This document shows, in pieces, positions 46,311 through 57,193 of a stretch of DNA of 64,000 nt (position 1 is the stretch's first letter; each line of letters begins with the position of its first letter). The DNA comes from a virus. The stretch covers positions 1 to 64,000 of IMG/VR virus record IMGVR_UViG_3300027969_000055. One strand, written 5' to 3'. Position numbers and translations under genes: made by a program. Under the pieces are notes generated by a model. That model was not told the origin of the DNA. It did no database searches and worked only from the letters and a program-made list of their open reading frames with translations.

Positions 46311-48347
46311 ATGTCTGACATAAATCCAACCCTTGGACTACCATTAATCACAGCAGAAGCATTTGCTGGAGTTAACTATTTGGAAAAATTAGCAGCTCCA
46401 ATTGGCGCATCTGGATTTGCTGCATTGGCTAAGGGAATCGCAAGTAACTCTGGCGATGGTGGGTTTTTGCAGACTAATGTAAGTTCAATATTTAATAAGT
46501 TTGCAGTATTTCAATATGCAGCATTTAATGCCGGCTCAATATATAAACCGGAAGGTCACTTTATTGGATTTTCAAGTAATTTAAAATCAGATGTTGATTA
46601 CGTTGCTCAATCAACGGCACAGATGATACTTAAAAAAACTGTGCTTGAGAATATTACAAGTGGAAAGCTTAGCAGTACGCCTGACCGTAAGAAAAAGGCA
46701 GCTGATGCATTAGCTGCATTAGGCGGACTTACTCAAGGGACTGCTCAGCAAGCTCGTAGCTTTAAATCAAATATTGAAAGTTCACTGTCTAATCCAACTG
46801 CACCAGTTTTAATAAATTGGGGAGCAACCAAATCAGCAGGCTCACCAGTCGGATTTCAACCCTACTCTTTAACTGATTTTATGTTTTGTAAAGATTACGG
46901 TAAGATCCCAAATAATAGATTAATAACATTACGTAGGTACCCATTTCCAATTGATGATTCCCTAAGATTAGGTCAAACTGACCAAAGACGTAATGCATTA
47001 CCGATTGCACAAGCAGTTACTTGGTTTGGTAGTGATACTGGTAACTCATTAAGTAACCTTGGAGTTTTTAAATGGGATATGACGTTTAGTGATGTTGAGG
47101 TTACTGAACAAACAATTACCGGTAATGAAATAACTTTAAAGGAGGTACTTGATTTATTTAAAGGGGTTCCAGGCGGTGACGTTATTGCCAATACGTTAAC
47201 TACTGCATACGCAACGATTAATGGAACAGATGAGTCAATCCAGCAGCAGAGTGGTTTTGAAGAAAAGATACAAAAGTTTCAAAAGAATTTGTACGATTCA
47301 ACAAGTGGCCCATATTGGAATCGCATATATGGTCCAGTAAATGTTATTCATAAATCAAGTAAACGTAGTAGAGGAATGCAAAATCAAAATTGGAATAATC
47401 CATTTACTATAAACTTTAAATATTCGTTTAGATCATTTAATGGTATGAGTCCAAAGGTTGTAGCACTAGACTTAATTTCAAATTTTATTAACTTAACGTA
47501 TAATGATGCCCAATTTTTAGGTCAACTTGCTAGGTATTTTCCAAAGACTGGACTAAAAATGAGCCCAACCACAACTGAGGCCTTTGGTAAAATTTTAACA
47601 AGTTGGGGAAGCAGCTATACTGGAAATAACTCTGACGAATTTAATAAAATTTTAACAAGTATGACTAGTGCATTAGAAAAGGCAGGTAGTGCAATTCAAA
47701 ATAATCTAGTATCTACAATCGGAAAGGGTCTTCAAACTGGCTTAATGGCACCTGATAAATTAGGAAAAGCAATTCCTGAGCTTATTGGAATTAAAGCTGC
47801 ACAGTCAGACCGCCCGGTTGGGGAATGGCATATTGTTGTCGGTAATCCGCTTAACCCAATTTTTGTAATGGGAGATTTGTTGTGTACTTCAGTTGATCTG
47901 AAATGGGATGAAGAGCTTGGCCCTGACGATTTTCCAACTGGTGTTAGCTTTTCAGTAAATTTAAAACAGGCAAAGCCTAGAGATAAAACAGCAATTGAAA
48001 GAATGTTAAACCTTGGAGAGACTAAATTAACCTCAGGTATGATTAGGACATCTTCACTTAATGATACGTTTGGTGATGAGAATAATAAATTATGGAGCGC
48101 AATTGAAGCAACGGCTGATGGTAAGCAAGATAAATCGCTGCAAGCTTATTATGATAGCCTCAAAGACGGAGACCCTGAAAATGGTAAACCTGGTACAAAG
48201 GACCGCTATAAAGAATTTAAGAATAGATTCTTGGTTGGATATGGGATAACTGAGGCTTCTGTAAAATTACAGCAAGCAAATAAAGGACCGATACTCGATG
48301 ATAGCTTATTATTGTTTTATTATCAGAGACAATACGGTAAAAACTAA
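46311..48347 (+). CDS. putative baseplate/tail structural protein
   Basis: First gene of late operon with gp53/hub/gp5-like genes; PNNRLITLRRY, GEWHIVVGNPLNPI, LGPDDFP. Confidence 0.55.
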   Translation: MSDINPTLGLPLITAEAFAGVNYLEKLAAPIGASGFAALAKGIASNSGDGGFLQTNVSSIFNKFAVFQYAAFNAGSIYKPEGHFIGFSSNLKSDVDYVAQSTAQMILKKTVLENITSGKLSSTPDRKKKAADALAALGGLTQGTAQQARSFKSNIESSLSNPTAPVLINWGATKSAGSPVGFQPYSLTDFMFCKDYGKIPNNRLITLRRYPFPIDDSLRLGQTDQRRNALPIAQAVTWFGSDTGNSLSNLGVFKWDMTFSDVEVTEQTITGNEITLKEVLDLFKGVPGGDVIANTLTTAYATINGTDESIQQQSGFEEKIQKFQKNLYDSTSGPYWNRIYGPVNVIHKSSKRSRGMQNQNWNNPFTINFKYSFRSFNGMSPKVVALDLISNFINLTYNDAQFLGQLARYFPKTGLKMSPTTTEAFGKILTSWGSSYTGNNSDEFNKILTSMTSALEKAGSAIQNNLVSTIGKGLQTGLMAPDKLGKAIPELIGIKAAQSDRPVGEWHIVVGNPLNPIFVMGDLLCTSVDLKWDEELGPDDFPTGVSFSVNLKQAKPRDKTAIERMLNLGETKLTSGMIRTSSLNDTFGDENNKLWSAIEATADGKQDKSLQAYYDSLKDGDPENGKPGTKDRYKEFKNRFLVGYGITEASVKLQQANKGPILDDSLLLFYYQRQYGKN

Positions 48348-48357
48348 TTACTATAAT

Positions 48358-48957
48358 ATGATAGATTTAAAAATACTAGGAAATAAACTAAGTTTTACAA
48401 AAATAAATGGCGATGTTGTTACTGACTTAACTAGAAGAAGTGTTTCATTTAAAGGAGTGTTAGTTAATCAAGGTAAAAGTTTCATCGTTGATGATGGATT
48501 ACAGATGAGGGGAGACCTGCTTTCAAAAATCCTATATCAGACTACTTCATTTATGTGTGTTTTATTTAAGTATAATGGAATATCAAATCCATTTGCACTA
48601 GATATTAACGATTTTATTAAAGCACCGGACGGGGCTGTGTTATCGTCAATGTTAACAACACCGGATAATATTAATGGAAGTAATAATAATTGGGAGAATT
48701 CTACCCGAAAGAAGAAGAAAACCGCATTAATTTCTCCAAAAACTAAACAGGATAAAAATCGACTTGACTATTTGCAGAAAAATTCAAATGCGGTAGTTGC
48801 ACCTCCGAATATAGCCAAAGACACTTCAGTAAAAGTTGTGAATGGTAAGATTGTTTTCGGAAATGACGTTACCTCAGTGAAAAAGGATGACTGTCCTGAC
48901 CCAATCTCTAGGACTAAGTTACAGGCTGCCTTGGTAAAAAATAAAATATTCGGTTAA
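48358..48957 (+). CDS. baseplate wedge protein, gp53/LysM-like
   Basis: Start moved to ATG 48358; MRGDLLSKILY...LFKYNGISNPF. Confidence 0.6.
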   Translation: MIDLKILGNKLSFTKINGDVVTDLTRRSVSFKGVLVNQGKSFIVDDGLQMRGDLLSKILYQTTSFMCVLFKYNGISNPFALDINDFIKAPDGAVLSSMLTTPDNINGSNNNWENSTRKKKKTALISPKTKQDKNRLDYLQKNSNAVVAPPNIAKDTSVKVVNGKIVFGNDVTSVKKDDCPDPISRTKLQAALVKNKIFG

Positions 48958-50453
48958 TGGCAGCAGTTAAAGATTTAATTATACAAACTCTTGACCCTAA
49001 ACTTACTCCTCCGAGTATTAGCGTACTTGATCTTGAAACTCCTGGATCAGATAAAAAGTTTAGGGATGCTGAACGGTCAGGTTATGCTCAGCAATTAGGT
49101 AAAAAATCTCCATTAATTAAAATTGGAAACTCTATCATTGCTCCAGAGAATGTAATATCAATGGATGTATCAATGAATTCAATTGTACCAACTATTCATG
49201 TAGCAGTAATTGATACAATGGGAACCTTAACTTCAAGAACGTATCCTAGAACAAGTTTATTGATCACGGCATTTGTTGCACAAAGTCATCCAAAACTAAA
49301 ATCATTTTCTCAATCTTTCTTAATTACAAATGTTCATTCAATACCATTAGGTTCTGGAGAAACTAGATATGATTTTTTTGGAGAATTATACGTTCCAAAT
49401 TTAAACGGAAATTTCATTAAATCGTATAATGGACTAACTTCAGCGCAAGCACTAAAAAAGATAGCTGAAGAGTTAGGCTTAGGCTTTGCAACAAATGAAG
49501 ATACCACAAACGATAAAATGACATGGATTAATCCTAACTTGAATTATAAATCATTTATTAAGCAAATAACCGATCACTCATATAAAAATGAAAAGTCTTT
49601 TTTTGAATGTTTTATTGATCGATATTATGTGCTTAATTTTATTAATGTTGAAAAACAATTTAAACAATTTAGCGATGATAAGGAAATATCAGACGGCTAT
49701 CCAGCAATATCAACTGACTCAATTGATACATCTAGAGCAGCGAGTGGAAATATTGTACAAGTACCGGACGCAACAATTAAACTTATTTTGACAAATTCAT
49801 CAACTGGTGATAAATCTTCTGAGCTGAAAATTTTAGAATATTCAATGATTGGTGAAAATGGAGATATTTTAAAAACTAAAGGTTTTAGAAAAAGAATTTT
49901 TGTTTATAAACATGGGGAAGCTGATCCTGTTAAAAATTGGTTTGTTGAACCTCTATCTGAACCGTCAGCAAATGGCGTAAGCGTATATCAATCTCCGGAT
50001 TTAAAGGATTATATTGATAATGATGTAGTTAAATGGATGGGTACAGATTATAGTAATTCACATTTGAATTATAAGTTTGCTAAGCTATTAAATAATCATA
50101 ATATGGCAGAAGCTGATAAAAATTCGTTGTTAGTTAAATTGCCTGGGTTTAATCATAATATACTTAAAGGAAGTAGAATTAAAGTAAATATATTTTCTAA
50201 CAGAGTTCAGCAGTTAAGTCATGATAAAATACAAAATGACTTGGCTGAACCGGTTGATTCGCAAAAATCTGATAATCCAATGGAAAGTAGAGCCTCTGCT
50301 GAAATATTAGATACATATTTAAGCGATACTTATTACGTAAAGAGTATTGAATATCACTATAATATTTTGGACCCGGAATATAAATTTAAAACAACAATGA
50401 TTTTAAGTAGAAAAAATTGGGTGCCTGAACCTAAGGTAGAAAATAAAGCATAA
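48957..50453 (+). CDS. putative baseplate hub protein
   Basis: LKKIAEELGLGF, FIDRYY.LNFINV, TYYVKSIEYHY...MILSR; position before gp5. Confidence 0.5.
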   Translation: MAAVKDLIIQTLDPKLTPPSISVLDLETPGSDKKFRDAERSGYAQQLGKKSPLIKIGNSIIAPENVISMDVSMNSIVPTIHVAVIDTMGTLTSRTYPRTSLLITAFVAQSHPKLKSFSQSFLITNVHSIPLGSGETRYDFFGELYVPNLNGNFIKSYNGLTSAQALKKIAEELGLGFATNEDTTNDKMTWINPNLNYKSFIKQITDHSYKNEKSFFECFIDRYYVLNFINVEKQFKQFSDDKEISDGYPAISTDSIDTSRAASGNIVQVPDATIKLILTNSSTGDKSSELKILEYSMIGENGDILKTKGFRKRIFVYKHGEADPVKNWFVEPLSEPSANGVSVYQSPDLKDYIDNDVVKWMGTDYSNSHLNYKFAKLLNNHNMAEADKNSLLVKLPGFNHNILKGSRIKVNIFSNRVQQLSHDKIQNDLAEPVDSQKSDNPMESRASAEILDTYLSDTYYVKSIEYHYNILDPEYKFKTTMILSRKNWVPEPKVENKA

Positions 50454-50455
50454 TT

Positions 50456-51541
50456 ATGGCAGTAGAATTTAAAACTAATGGACCAAAAAGATGGAAGCAG
50501 TTTGTAAAAAGTTCGCTTAACGATGTGCAAGATCCAGTGTTCCTAACATTTGATCTAGACTTTTTTCCTCCGACTAATCAACGAAACGCAACGAATGATG
50601 GATTATTTTGGGATGGCTTACTTAAGAAACCAACTGATCAAAAATCCGATACGAATGAGTATAATGTGGTAGAATGGAAAGCGATTGACTGGTTGTATGC
50701 GTATGGTTCTCCATGGACAAAAAAGAATTTTCAATATTTAGGAGATGCAATTGTATTATTAGAACAATTACAAGAGAGCCCATGGTATTTTCAATCAATT
50801 ATGGGAGCAGATCAATTATGGAAAGCCGCGAGTAGAGTTAAGGAAGGAGATAAAAAAGTTGAAATTACAATAAATTGCCTAGATTCAATACAACAGCCAT
50901 TGCTTAAATTCGCAGAATCTTATCGTAGAGCAATTTATGATTTTGATAAATTATGTTACACCCTACCGGATAATCTTAGAACATTTGATATGACAATTAC
51001 TCTATTTGAAATTAGAGATATTAATGATAAAGCTGGAAATTTAGAAAATGGACTACACCAGTTAAAGTACAGATTGCAAAGATGTGAATTTGATTTTTCA
51101 GATATACTTAGTGGATCAGGCTCTACTGAAATTAAAGCCTATACTGAGGATAAGCCATTTAATACGTCATTCAAAATTAGAGCAGCATGGGTTTTAGAAG
51201 AATCTGAGGCATCAACTGAATCTGATTATCAGTCGCTTGGTATTTTTTCAGGCTTGGCAAGTTCTCTTGAGGGTAGAGCTCAAAGATTTTTACAAAGCGC
51301 AGCAAGGTTACCAGCTCGAATAATTGGTGACATTACTAATCAATTACAAACTAGACTTGAAACCGCGGTGGGCCAAAATGTGTATAATAGATCTACTGAG
51401 GTTCTTGGAACAAACCGAATATTTGGCAGAACTTCGCCAATTGGACCAGGCGGTGGATCAGTTGTGAATGCCGATATTTACCCAGGAGTAGATAAGAAGC
51501 CTACAATTAAGGACGGAGATTTGGGTGATGTTTATCCATAA
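50456..51541 (+). CDS. putative tail-tube initiator/baseplate protein
   Basis: PWYFQSI, ITINCLDSI, LPDNLRTFDMTI; tube-like beta content; position in operon. Confidence 0.45.
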   Translation: MAVEFKTNGPKRWKQFVKSSLNDVQDPVFLTFDLDFFPPTNQRNATNDGLFWDGLLKKPTDQKSDTNEYNVVEWKAIDWLYAYGSPWTKKNFQYLGDAIVLLEQLQESPWYFQSIMGADQLWKAASRVKEGDKKVEITINCLDSIQQPLLKFAESYRRAIYDFDKLCYTLPDNLRTFDMTITLFEIRDINDKAGNLENGLHQLKYRLQRCEFDFSDILSGSGSTEIKAYTEDKPFNTSFKIRAAWVLEESEASTESDYQSLGIFSGLASSLEGRAQRFLQSAARLPARIIGDITNQLQTRLETAVGQNVYNRSTEVLGTNRIFGRTSPIGPGGGSVVNADIYPGVDKKPTIKDGDLGDVYP

Positions 51542-51580
51542 TTATGATAATAGGTAAAGCGAAAAGTTAAAAAGTGTAAA

Positions 51581-52384
51581 ATGATAGGACCAAATCACGA
51601 TATTGAAAAAGATCCAACTGGATCAGATAACCTAACTACCAAGTTTCTTGGAGAAGTAGTTGACGTTACTGATCCATTACGTGAGGGTCGTTGTAAAATT
51701 AAAGTATTTAGTATTTTTGATACTTTACCGGTTGAAGATATTCCATGGGCAATACAGTCTCAGAAGCCTGCATTTTTTGGTCAAGATGCAAAAGCTGGAT
51801 CAATTTCAATTCCTAAAAAGGGTGCAATTGTAAATGTCCGATTTAATAATGGCGATCTTTATTCTCCGGAATATGAGCAGGTACAGGAAATCGGCGATGA
51901 TATTAAAGAAGAACTTAAAAAGAGTACTGATTACGAATATGAAGGAGCTCACTATATCTTATTTGATGGAGATGAGCAAATTAAATTTTGGTTCAATAAA
52001 GGTAAAGGATTAACTCTTGAGATGAAAGACTCTTACCTAAACATTGATCAGAATTCTAAAATTGAACTTTATCATAAAGACGGCCTATCTTCAGTTGAAT
52101 TAGATGGAAATGTTATTACAGTAATGAGTCAATCTCAAGTAAACGTAGTTTCAAATTCAATTAAAACCAGTGCTCAAAATGTTCATATTGATGGTAAAAC
52201 AACCCGGATCGGCTCGTCTAATATTGTTGAAAGTGCAGTGATGGGCGATACCTTATATGCGGCTCTATTTGTATTAGCTGCAATGATTGATGCTAAAATG
52301 CCTTCAACTCCAGGAGCAGCACAACAATATATACAAAATATAAGAGATGCACTGCTCTCTGAAACGGTTGCAATTGGCCATTAA
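51581..52384 (+). CDS. gp5: baseplate central spike, gp5 N-terminal OB-fold
   Basis: FLGEVVDVTDPLREGRCKIKVF...IPWA, SIPKKGAIVNVRFNNGD. Confidence 0.8.
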   Translation: MIGPNHDIEKDPTGSDNLTTKFLGEVVDVTDPLREGRCKIKVFSIFDTLPVEDIPWAIQSQKPAFFGQDAKAGSISIPKKGAIVNVRFNNGDLYSPEYEQVQEIGDDIKEELKKSTDYEYEGAHYILFDGDEQIKFWFNKGKGLTLEMKDSYLNIDQNSKIELYHKDGLSSVELDGNVITVMSQSQVNVVSNSIKTSAQNVHIDGKTTRIGSSNIVESAVMGDTLYAALFVLAAMIDAKMPSTPGAAQQYIQNIRDALLSETVAIGH

Positions 52385-52433
52385 ACTTATTTTGGCTAAT
52401 TAGTATTAGATACTAAATTACAATTCACATTTT

Positions 52434-53342
52434 TTGAAGAATCACTACGAGACCCTTGGAGTTTTAGAAACCTCGACTCATGACGATATACGAAAAGCAT
52501 ATCGAAAACTTGCAACCAAATATCATCCAGATAAGAATAGCGGAAGCTCTGAAGCAGAAGATAAATTCAAAGAAATTGCGGAAGCTTATGAAACTATCGG
52601 TAATGAAGATAAGCGTAAGGCTTATGACAATTCCAGAAAGTTTAATGGTTCAGCTAATGCTGATTTTTTTGGTAATTTTGGATCTTTTAGAGACTTTTCA
52701 TTTGGCGGAAATAGACCTCATGATTTTAGGAATTTAACAATAACTGTTGATAAGTGGGCAACTATTAAGGAATTAATGGACGGAGCCTCATTTGATATAC
52801 AATATATTGTAAATAAAACTATTTCAGGCTCGGCAAAATCTGAAAATAAACAAGTTAGGGTTAAAATTGACTTGACTAATGAAAGTTATCCGATTACATT
52901 TGATAATGGAAGATATTTAATTACGTTAAAGGTTAGAGGAGGCGGGTCAAGTCAAGAAATTGAAGAATTTGATTATTTTAGTAAAAAAAGAAATGCAGTA
53001 GTTACTGGTGATTTAATAGTTCGTATAAACATTGATATGTTAGGACTTACAATTGACCAAAGTGATATTATTCAGGACTTTGAGCTAAGTTTACACGATA
53101 TATTATTCACGGAAGAAGTTATCCTGGAGAGCCCAATGGGCAAAAAGTATCGTATTAAATCATTTAATCGGGATACCTTAAGTAATATAACAGTTAAAAT
53201 ACCGAGTCAGGGCTTACTCTCTGCATTTGGCCATAAAGGAAATTATGTGTTTAAGATCTTGGTTAAAAAGCCAAATTTTTCAAACATAAGTGAAGAAAAC
53301 TTACAAATTTTAAAAGACTTGCTGATTGACGTTAATAAATAA
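52434..53342 (+). CDS. dnaJ: DnaJ-family co-chaperone
   Basis: J-domain [24 protein letters not shown] region, no Zn finger; TTG start. Confidence 0.85.
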   Translation: MKNHYETLGVLETSTHDDIRKAYRKLATKYHPDKNSGSSEAEDKFKEIAEAYETIGNEDKRKAYDNSRKFNGSANADFFGNFGSFRDFSFGGNRPHDFRNLTITVDKWATIKELMDGASFDIQYIVNKTISGSAKSENKQVRVKIDLTNESYPITFDNGRYLITLKVRGGGSSQEIEEFDYFSKKRNAVVTGDLIVRINIDMLGLTIDQSDIIQDFELSLHDILFTEEVILESPMGKKYRIKSFNRDTLSNITVKIPSQGLLSAFGHKGNYVFKILVKKPNFSNISEENLQILKDLLIDVNK

Positions 53343-53382
53343 TGTTAGTACGGCCTATCTAGAGTAATAAGAATGGGCGCGT

Positions 53383-53390
53383 ATAAATAA
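53383..53390 (+). promoter_or_regulatory. late promoter for protease/capsid operon
   Basis: TATAAATAA ending 19 nt before TTG 53410. Confidence 0.75.
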
Positions 53391-53409
53391 TCAAAAAAGT
53401 CTGACTAAG

Positions 53410-55398
53410 TTGACTACTACTAATATTAAAAGTTTAAACCAGCCTGCTGTCCCAGAAAATTCAGTGTTTATCATTGAACATCTAAATGAAGCGGTTACGG
53501 TAACTAGAGAAAACAATGATGTTATTCTTGAAGGTACTGCGGCAGTTTTTGGAGTAATGAACGAAAACAATCGTATTTACGAAAAACAGGAATACTTACC
53601 TCATTTAACTTACTTAAATGAGAAGATCAAACAGCGTAGACTATTTGGTGAACTTGATCATCCACAAAAATTTGACGTTTCATTAGCTAATGTATCTCAC
53701 GTAATTGAGGGACTTACTTATGATGAACCAACTAATAGTGTAAAAATTAGACTTCGTCTATTAGATACACCATGCGGTAGAATTGCAAAAACCTTGGTTG
53801 AAGCAGGTTGTACTACTTCAATTTCTTCAAGAGCTGCAGGTAATGTTGCTGAGAATGGAAAGGTTAAATTAGCAAAAATATTCACATACGATTTGGTTGC
53901 AGAACCAGGTTTTGCACAAGCAGCGCTTGGCCAAGTATCTGAAAGTTTGCAAAATAATTATTCAGCAATCTTTGAATCACTAGATTCATTAAGAACTACG
54001 GCAATCACTACCAAGTTAACAGATATTTCTGAAAACTTTGGTTTCGAGGATTCTGTGAAGATTTACAGAATAAATAATCAAGAAATACCAACTAAACAAA
54101 ATAACACACAGCAAATGGCTAATGAGTTTGTAACAAAAGAAGAGATGAATCAGTATTCTGAACTGGTTAAAAAGAAATTTTCTTCACTACAAGAGAACAT
54201 CTCTAAAAACAACAAAGGTCTTCAAAAGATCAGCGAAAACGCAACCGAAGGAGAATCTCCAGTTGTTGCTAAAATGGTAGAATACGTTAACTATTTAGCT
54301 GGTGAAATGGAGCAATTGGTTGAATATTCTAACTATCTTTCAACAATGTTGAATCAAGGTATTAATTACACTGAGCATGTTGCAGAGAAAGTTAATACAG
54401 TAATCGACTATTCTGACTACTTAGCAGAAAAAGTAGAAAAGAATATTCAATACTCTGACTATCTAGGAGAGAAAGTTAATCAAAACATTAACTATTCTGA
54501 ATATATTGCAGAAAACGTAGAAAAAACAGTTGAATACGCTAACTACATTGCAGAAAACGTAGATAAAGGAATTCAATACACTGAATACGTTGCAGAAAGT
54601 GCAGAAAAAGGAATTAAGTATTCTAACTATTTAGCTGAAAACTTAGATGCAGCTATTAAATACTCAAACTATCTTGGAGAAAATCTTCAACAAGGTATTA
54701 AATACTCAGAATACATTGCTGAGACTCTAAATGAGAAAATTACACCATCTGCTTTAACTAAAACTCGTTCTTTACTTGGAGAAGTTAAAAAATTAAACGA
54801 AGGTGTAGAATTTGAAGTTAATGAAACTTCTTCAGTTGACGATTTAGTTGGAGCAGTTGATGGAATCTTAACTCACATTAAGTCAAATTCAGCTAAAGCT
54901 GTTTTGGAAAACAAATATCCATTCTTAAAATTGTTAAACGAAGGTCGTAAACAAGCATTCTATAATTTAGATCAAACTACTAAATCGGCAATCGTTGAAA
55001 CAATGCAAGGAGCGATCTACTTTAACGAAGGTGAAGTAGTTAATATTATGGAAGCTGTTCTTAACAAACAAGTTGAAAACACTCCTAACTATATTAAACT
55101 TATGCCAGCTGCATACAAGCAATTATTTGAAAGTATGACTGAAGGAGAAAGAAATTGGATGGCTTCTCAAGCTAACAACTTCACTCTAAATACTTCGTAT
55201 CAAGTTAAGTCTTTCTGGGATTCTCGCGATTTCAGAGGAATTAATGAAAGAATTGCAACTGAGACAATTATAAATAATAATTCTATTAACGAAAACCAAG
55301 GTAAAGAAGGTTACGTATCGTTAAACCAAATAAACGAAAGTCTACGTGGTTATTCTAATAACTACATGGACGCTCTTAAAAGAAGAGCACAAAATTAA
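53410..55398 (+). CDS. gp21: prohead protease (gp21-like) fused to scaffold/core domain
   Basis: NENNRIY, GELDHP, VSHVI, SISSRAAG, YDLVAEPG; then 14-aa coiled-coil repeats. Confidence 0.85.
   Translation: MTTTNIKSLNQPAVPENSVFIIEHLNEAVTVTRENNDVILEGTAAVFGVMNENNRIYEKQEYLPHLTYLNEKIKQRRLFGELDHPQKFDVSLANVSHVIEGLTYDEPTNSVKIRLRLLDTPCGRIAKTLVEAGCTTSISSRAAGNVAENGKVKLAKIFTYDLVAEPGFAQAALGQVSESLQNNYSAIFESLDSLRTTAITTKLTDISENFGFEDSVKIYRINNQEIPTKQNNTQQMANEFVTKEEMNQYSELVKKKFSSLQENISKNNKGLQKISENATEGESPVVAKMVEYVNYLAGEMEQLVEYSNYLSTMLNQGINYTEHVAEKVNTVIDYSDYLAEKVEKNIQYSDYLGEKVNQNINYSEYIAENVEKTVEYANYIAENVDKGIQYTEYVAESAEKGIKYSNYLAENLDAAIKYSNYLGENLQQGIKYSEYIAETLNEKITPSALTKTRSLLGEVKKLNEGVEFEVNETSSVDDLVGAVDGILTHIKSNSAKAVLENKYPFLKLLNEGRKQAFYNLDQTTKSAIVETMQGAIYFNEGEVVNIMEAVLNKQVENTPNYIKLMPAAYKQLFESMTEGERNWMASQANNFTLNTSYQVKSFWDSRDFRGINERIATETIINNNSINENQGKEGYVSLNQINESLRGYSNNYMDALKRRAQN
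54277..54738 (+). repeat. 11 degenerate 42-bp (14-aa) repeats
   Basis: (I/V)xY(S/T)(E/N/D)Y(L/I/V)AE-type unit, e.g. IKYSNYLAENLDAA, INYSEYIAENVEKT. Confidence 0.85.
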
Positions 55399-55416
55399 AA
55401 AAACATTTTTTAAAAA

Positions 55417-57138
55417 ATGGCAACAAAAATTTTCAAAAAATTGAACGACGCTTCAATTAAGGAAACTTGGACCCCAGTTTTAGAAGGTTATGGTGCAAAC
55501 GTTACAGCTCGCCCTTGGTTAGTTGACTACGCTCACAATCATGCTATCTTCGATAACGCAGGTTCAATCAATGAAGCAAACACTGGAGTAGCTCCAGGTT
55601 TATTCTTACAACAACCTGGTTCTATCAGTGCTATGGGTGCAATTAGTTCTCCAACGAGTTCTATGACTCCATTCACAGGTGGTGCTAAAAACGGTTACGG
55701 TGCTTCTGTATCTGGTTCTGGTGATAAATTCCCAAGCCTTTTACCAGTTGCAATCCAAGTAGCTGCTAAAACTATTGGTTTCGACCTAGTTGGTGTAGTT
55801 CCTATGGATTCTCCAGTAGGTTTCCTACCTTACTTGGATTATGTATACCAAGGTGGTAACATCGACAAACAATATGAGCCTTATTTAATTAAGATCACTG
55901 GTTTGTTAGAAAATGCTGCAGGTTCTACAGTAAACGGTATTGCAAATGGTGATAAATTCCCAGTATCTAAATTGCCTTTTACTGAAGGTCTTAACTACGG
56001 TATTAACGAAAGTAATACTGACTTAGTTTTACAATTCGTTGGTAAATCACGTGTTGATGGTTCTCCAATCTTCAAAGTTATCCTATCTCATGATGGTGGT
56101 ACTCTTGCTGATTACTTTGCAGCTGACGTTGATATTCAACCAGCAAATGCAACTGACGTTTCAGGTACTGCGGTAGTAACTTTCCGTACAGCTGATAACA
56201 AAGTTGAATTAGTTTCTGCTTTAGAAAACCATATTTCTGGTTTTACTTCAGTATCTGACGCTGATTACGCTACATCTGATTTCAACGGTCCTTATATGGG
56301 ATCTACTGGAACTCAAATGGAAGGTATGGCTCGTCAAACTGCTGAAACTTCTAAATTCCGTCAAATGGGTCTTCGTATGTTCACTAAGTTCATCGAAGCA
56401 AAAGGAGATCAAGTTTCTATTTCAGCAACTGTTGAACAAATCCAAGATCTTAACCGAGTTTGGAACTTTGACGTAATCTCTATGTTAGAGAATGTAGCAG
56501 TTAACGAATTAGCTCAATCAATCAACAAAAAGTTAGTTGACCGTGTTCTTAATTTAGGATCAGTTCACGCTACTGCTGTTGAAGGTGTTGAAGGTGCAGG
56601 TATCACTACTTTGGACCTAACTGTTGGAACAACTGGATTTGAGAATATCTCAACTCTACAACGTCGTGTTGTAACTAAAATTCTTGAAATGGCTAACTTG
56701 ATTTATCATAGAGGTCGTTTCGGTGCAGGTACATACATCGTTACTAACGGTCGTGTTGCTTCTGCTTTAGCAGATGTAGCTGGTTACTCTTTCGCTCCAT
56801 TCAATAATGATCTTCCATCTACTGCTGGTCAATTGTATCCTGCAGGTAAAGTACATGGTTTAACCATCTACGTTGATCCTAACTTGAAATTCAGCGATAA
56901 CCGTATCCATATCGGTCGTAAAGGTGCTGATGAAGAGCCAGGTGTTAAATTCCTTCCATATATCATGGCAGAGAGTCTTCAAACAATTGCAGAGGGAACT
57001 TTCTCTCCGAAAATTGGTATGAAATCTCGTTATGCTATTACCGAAGCTGGATGGCACCCAGAAACTCAATACATTACGTTGGCTGTAACAGGTCTAGGAG
57101 TATTGACTGGTTCAACTCGCCCTGCTTCTTCTTACTAA
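55417..57138 (+). CDS. gp23: major capsid protein (T4 gp23-like)
   Basis: WTPVLE, DLVGVVPMDSP, EQIQDL, ELAQSINK, YVDP, FLPYI, TFSPKIGMKSRYA; highly biased codons; follows protease. Confidence 0.9.
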   Translation: MATKIFKKLNDASIKETWTPVLEGYGANVTARPWLVDYAHNHAIFDNAGSINEANTGVAPGLFLQQPGSISAMGAISSPTSSMTPFTGGAKNGYGASVSGSGDKFPSLLPVAIQVAAKTIGFDLVGVVPMDSPVGFLPYLDYVYQGGNIDKQYEPYLIKITGLLENAAGSTVNGIANGDKFPVSKLPFTEGLNYGINESNTDLVLQFVGKSRVDGSPIFKVILSHDGGTLADYFAADVDIQPANATDVSGTAVVTFRTADNKVELVSALENHISGFTSVSDADYATSDFNGPYMGSTGTQMEGMARQTAETSKFRQMGLRMFTKFIEAKGDQVSISATVEQIQDLNRVWNFDVISMLENVAVNELAQSINKKLVDRVLNLGSVHATAVEGVEGAGITTLDLTVGTTGFENISTLQRRVVTKILEMANLIYHRGRFGAGTYIVTNGRVASALADVAGYSFAPFNNDLPSTAGQLYPAGKVHGLTIYVDPNLKFSDNRIHIGRKGADEEPGVKFLPYIMAESLQTIAEGTFSPKIGMKSRYAITEAGWHPETQYITLAVTGLGVLTGSTRPASSY

Positions 57139-57165
57139 TCATAAGAATTAATAAGCTTAATACGG

Positions 57166-57193
57166 AAAAGGCTCCTCACAAGGGAGCCTTTTT
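57166..57193 (+). terminator. intrinsic terminator after capsid gene
   Basis: AAAAGGCTCC/GGAGCCTTTT stem plus T-run. Confidence 0.85.
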
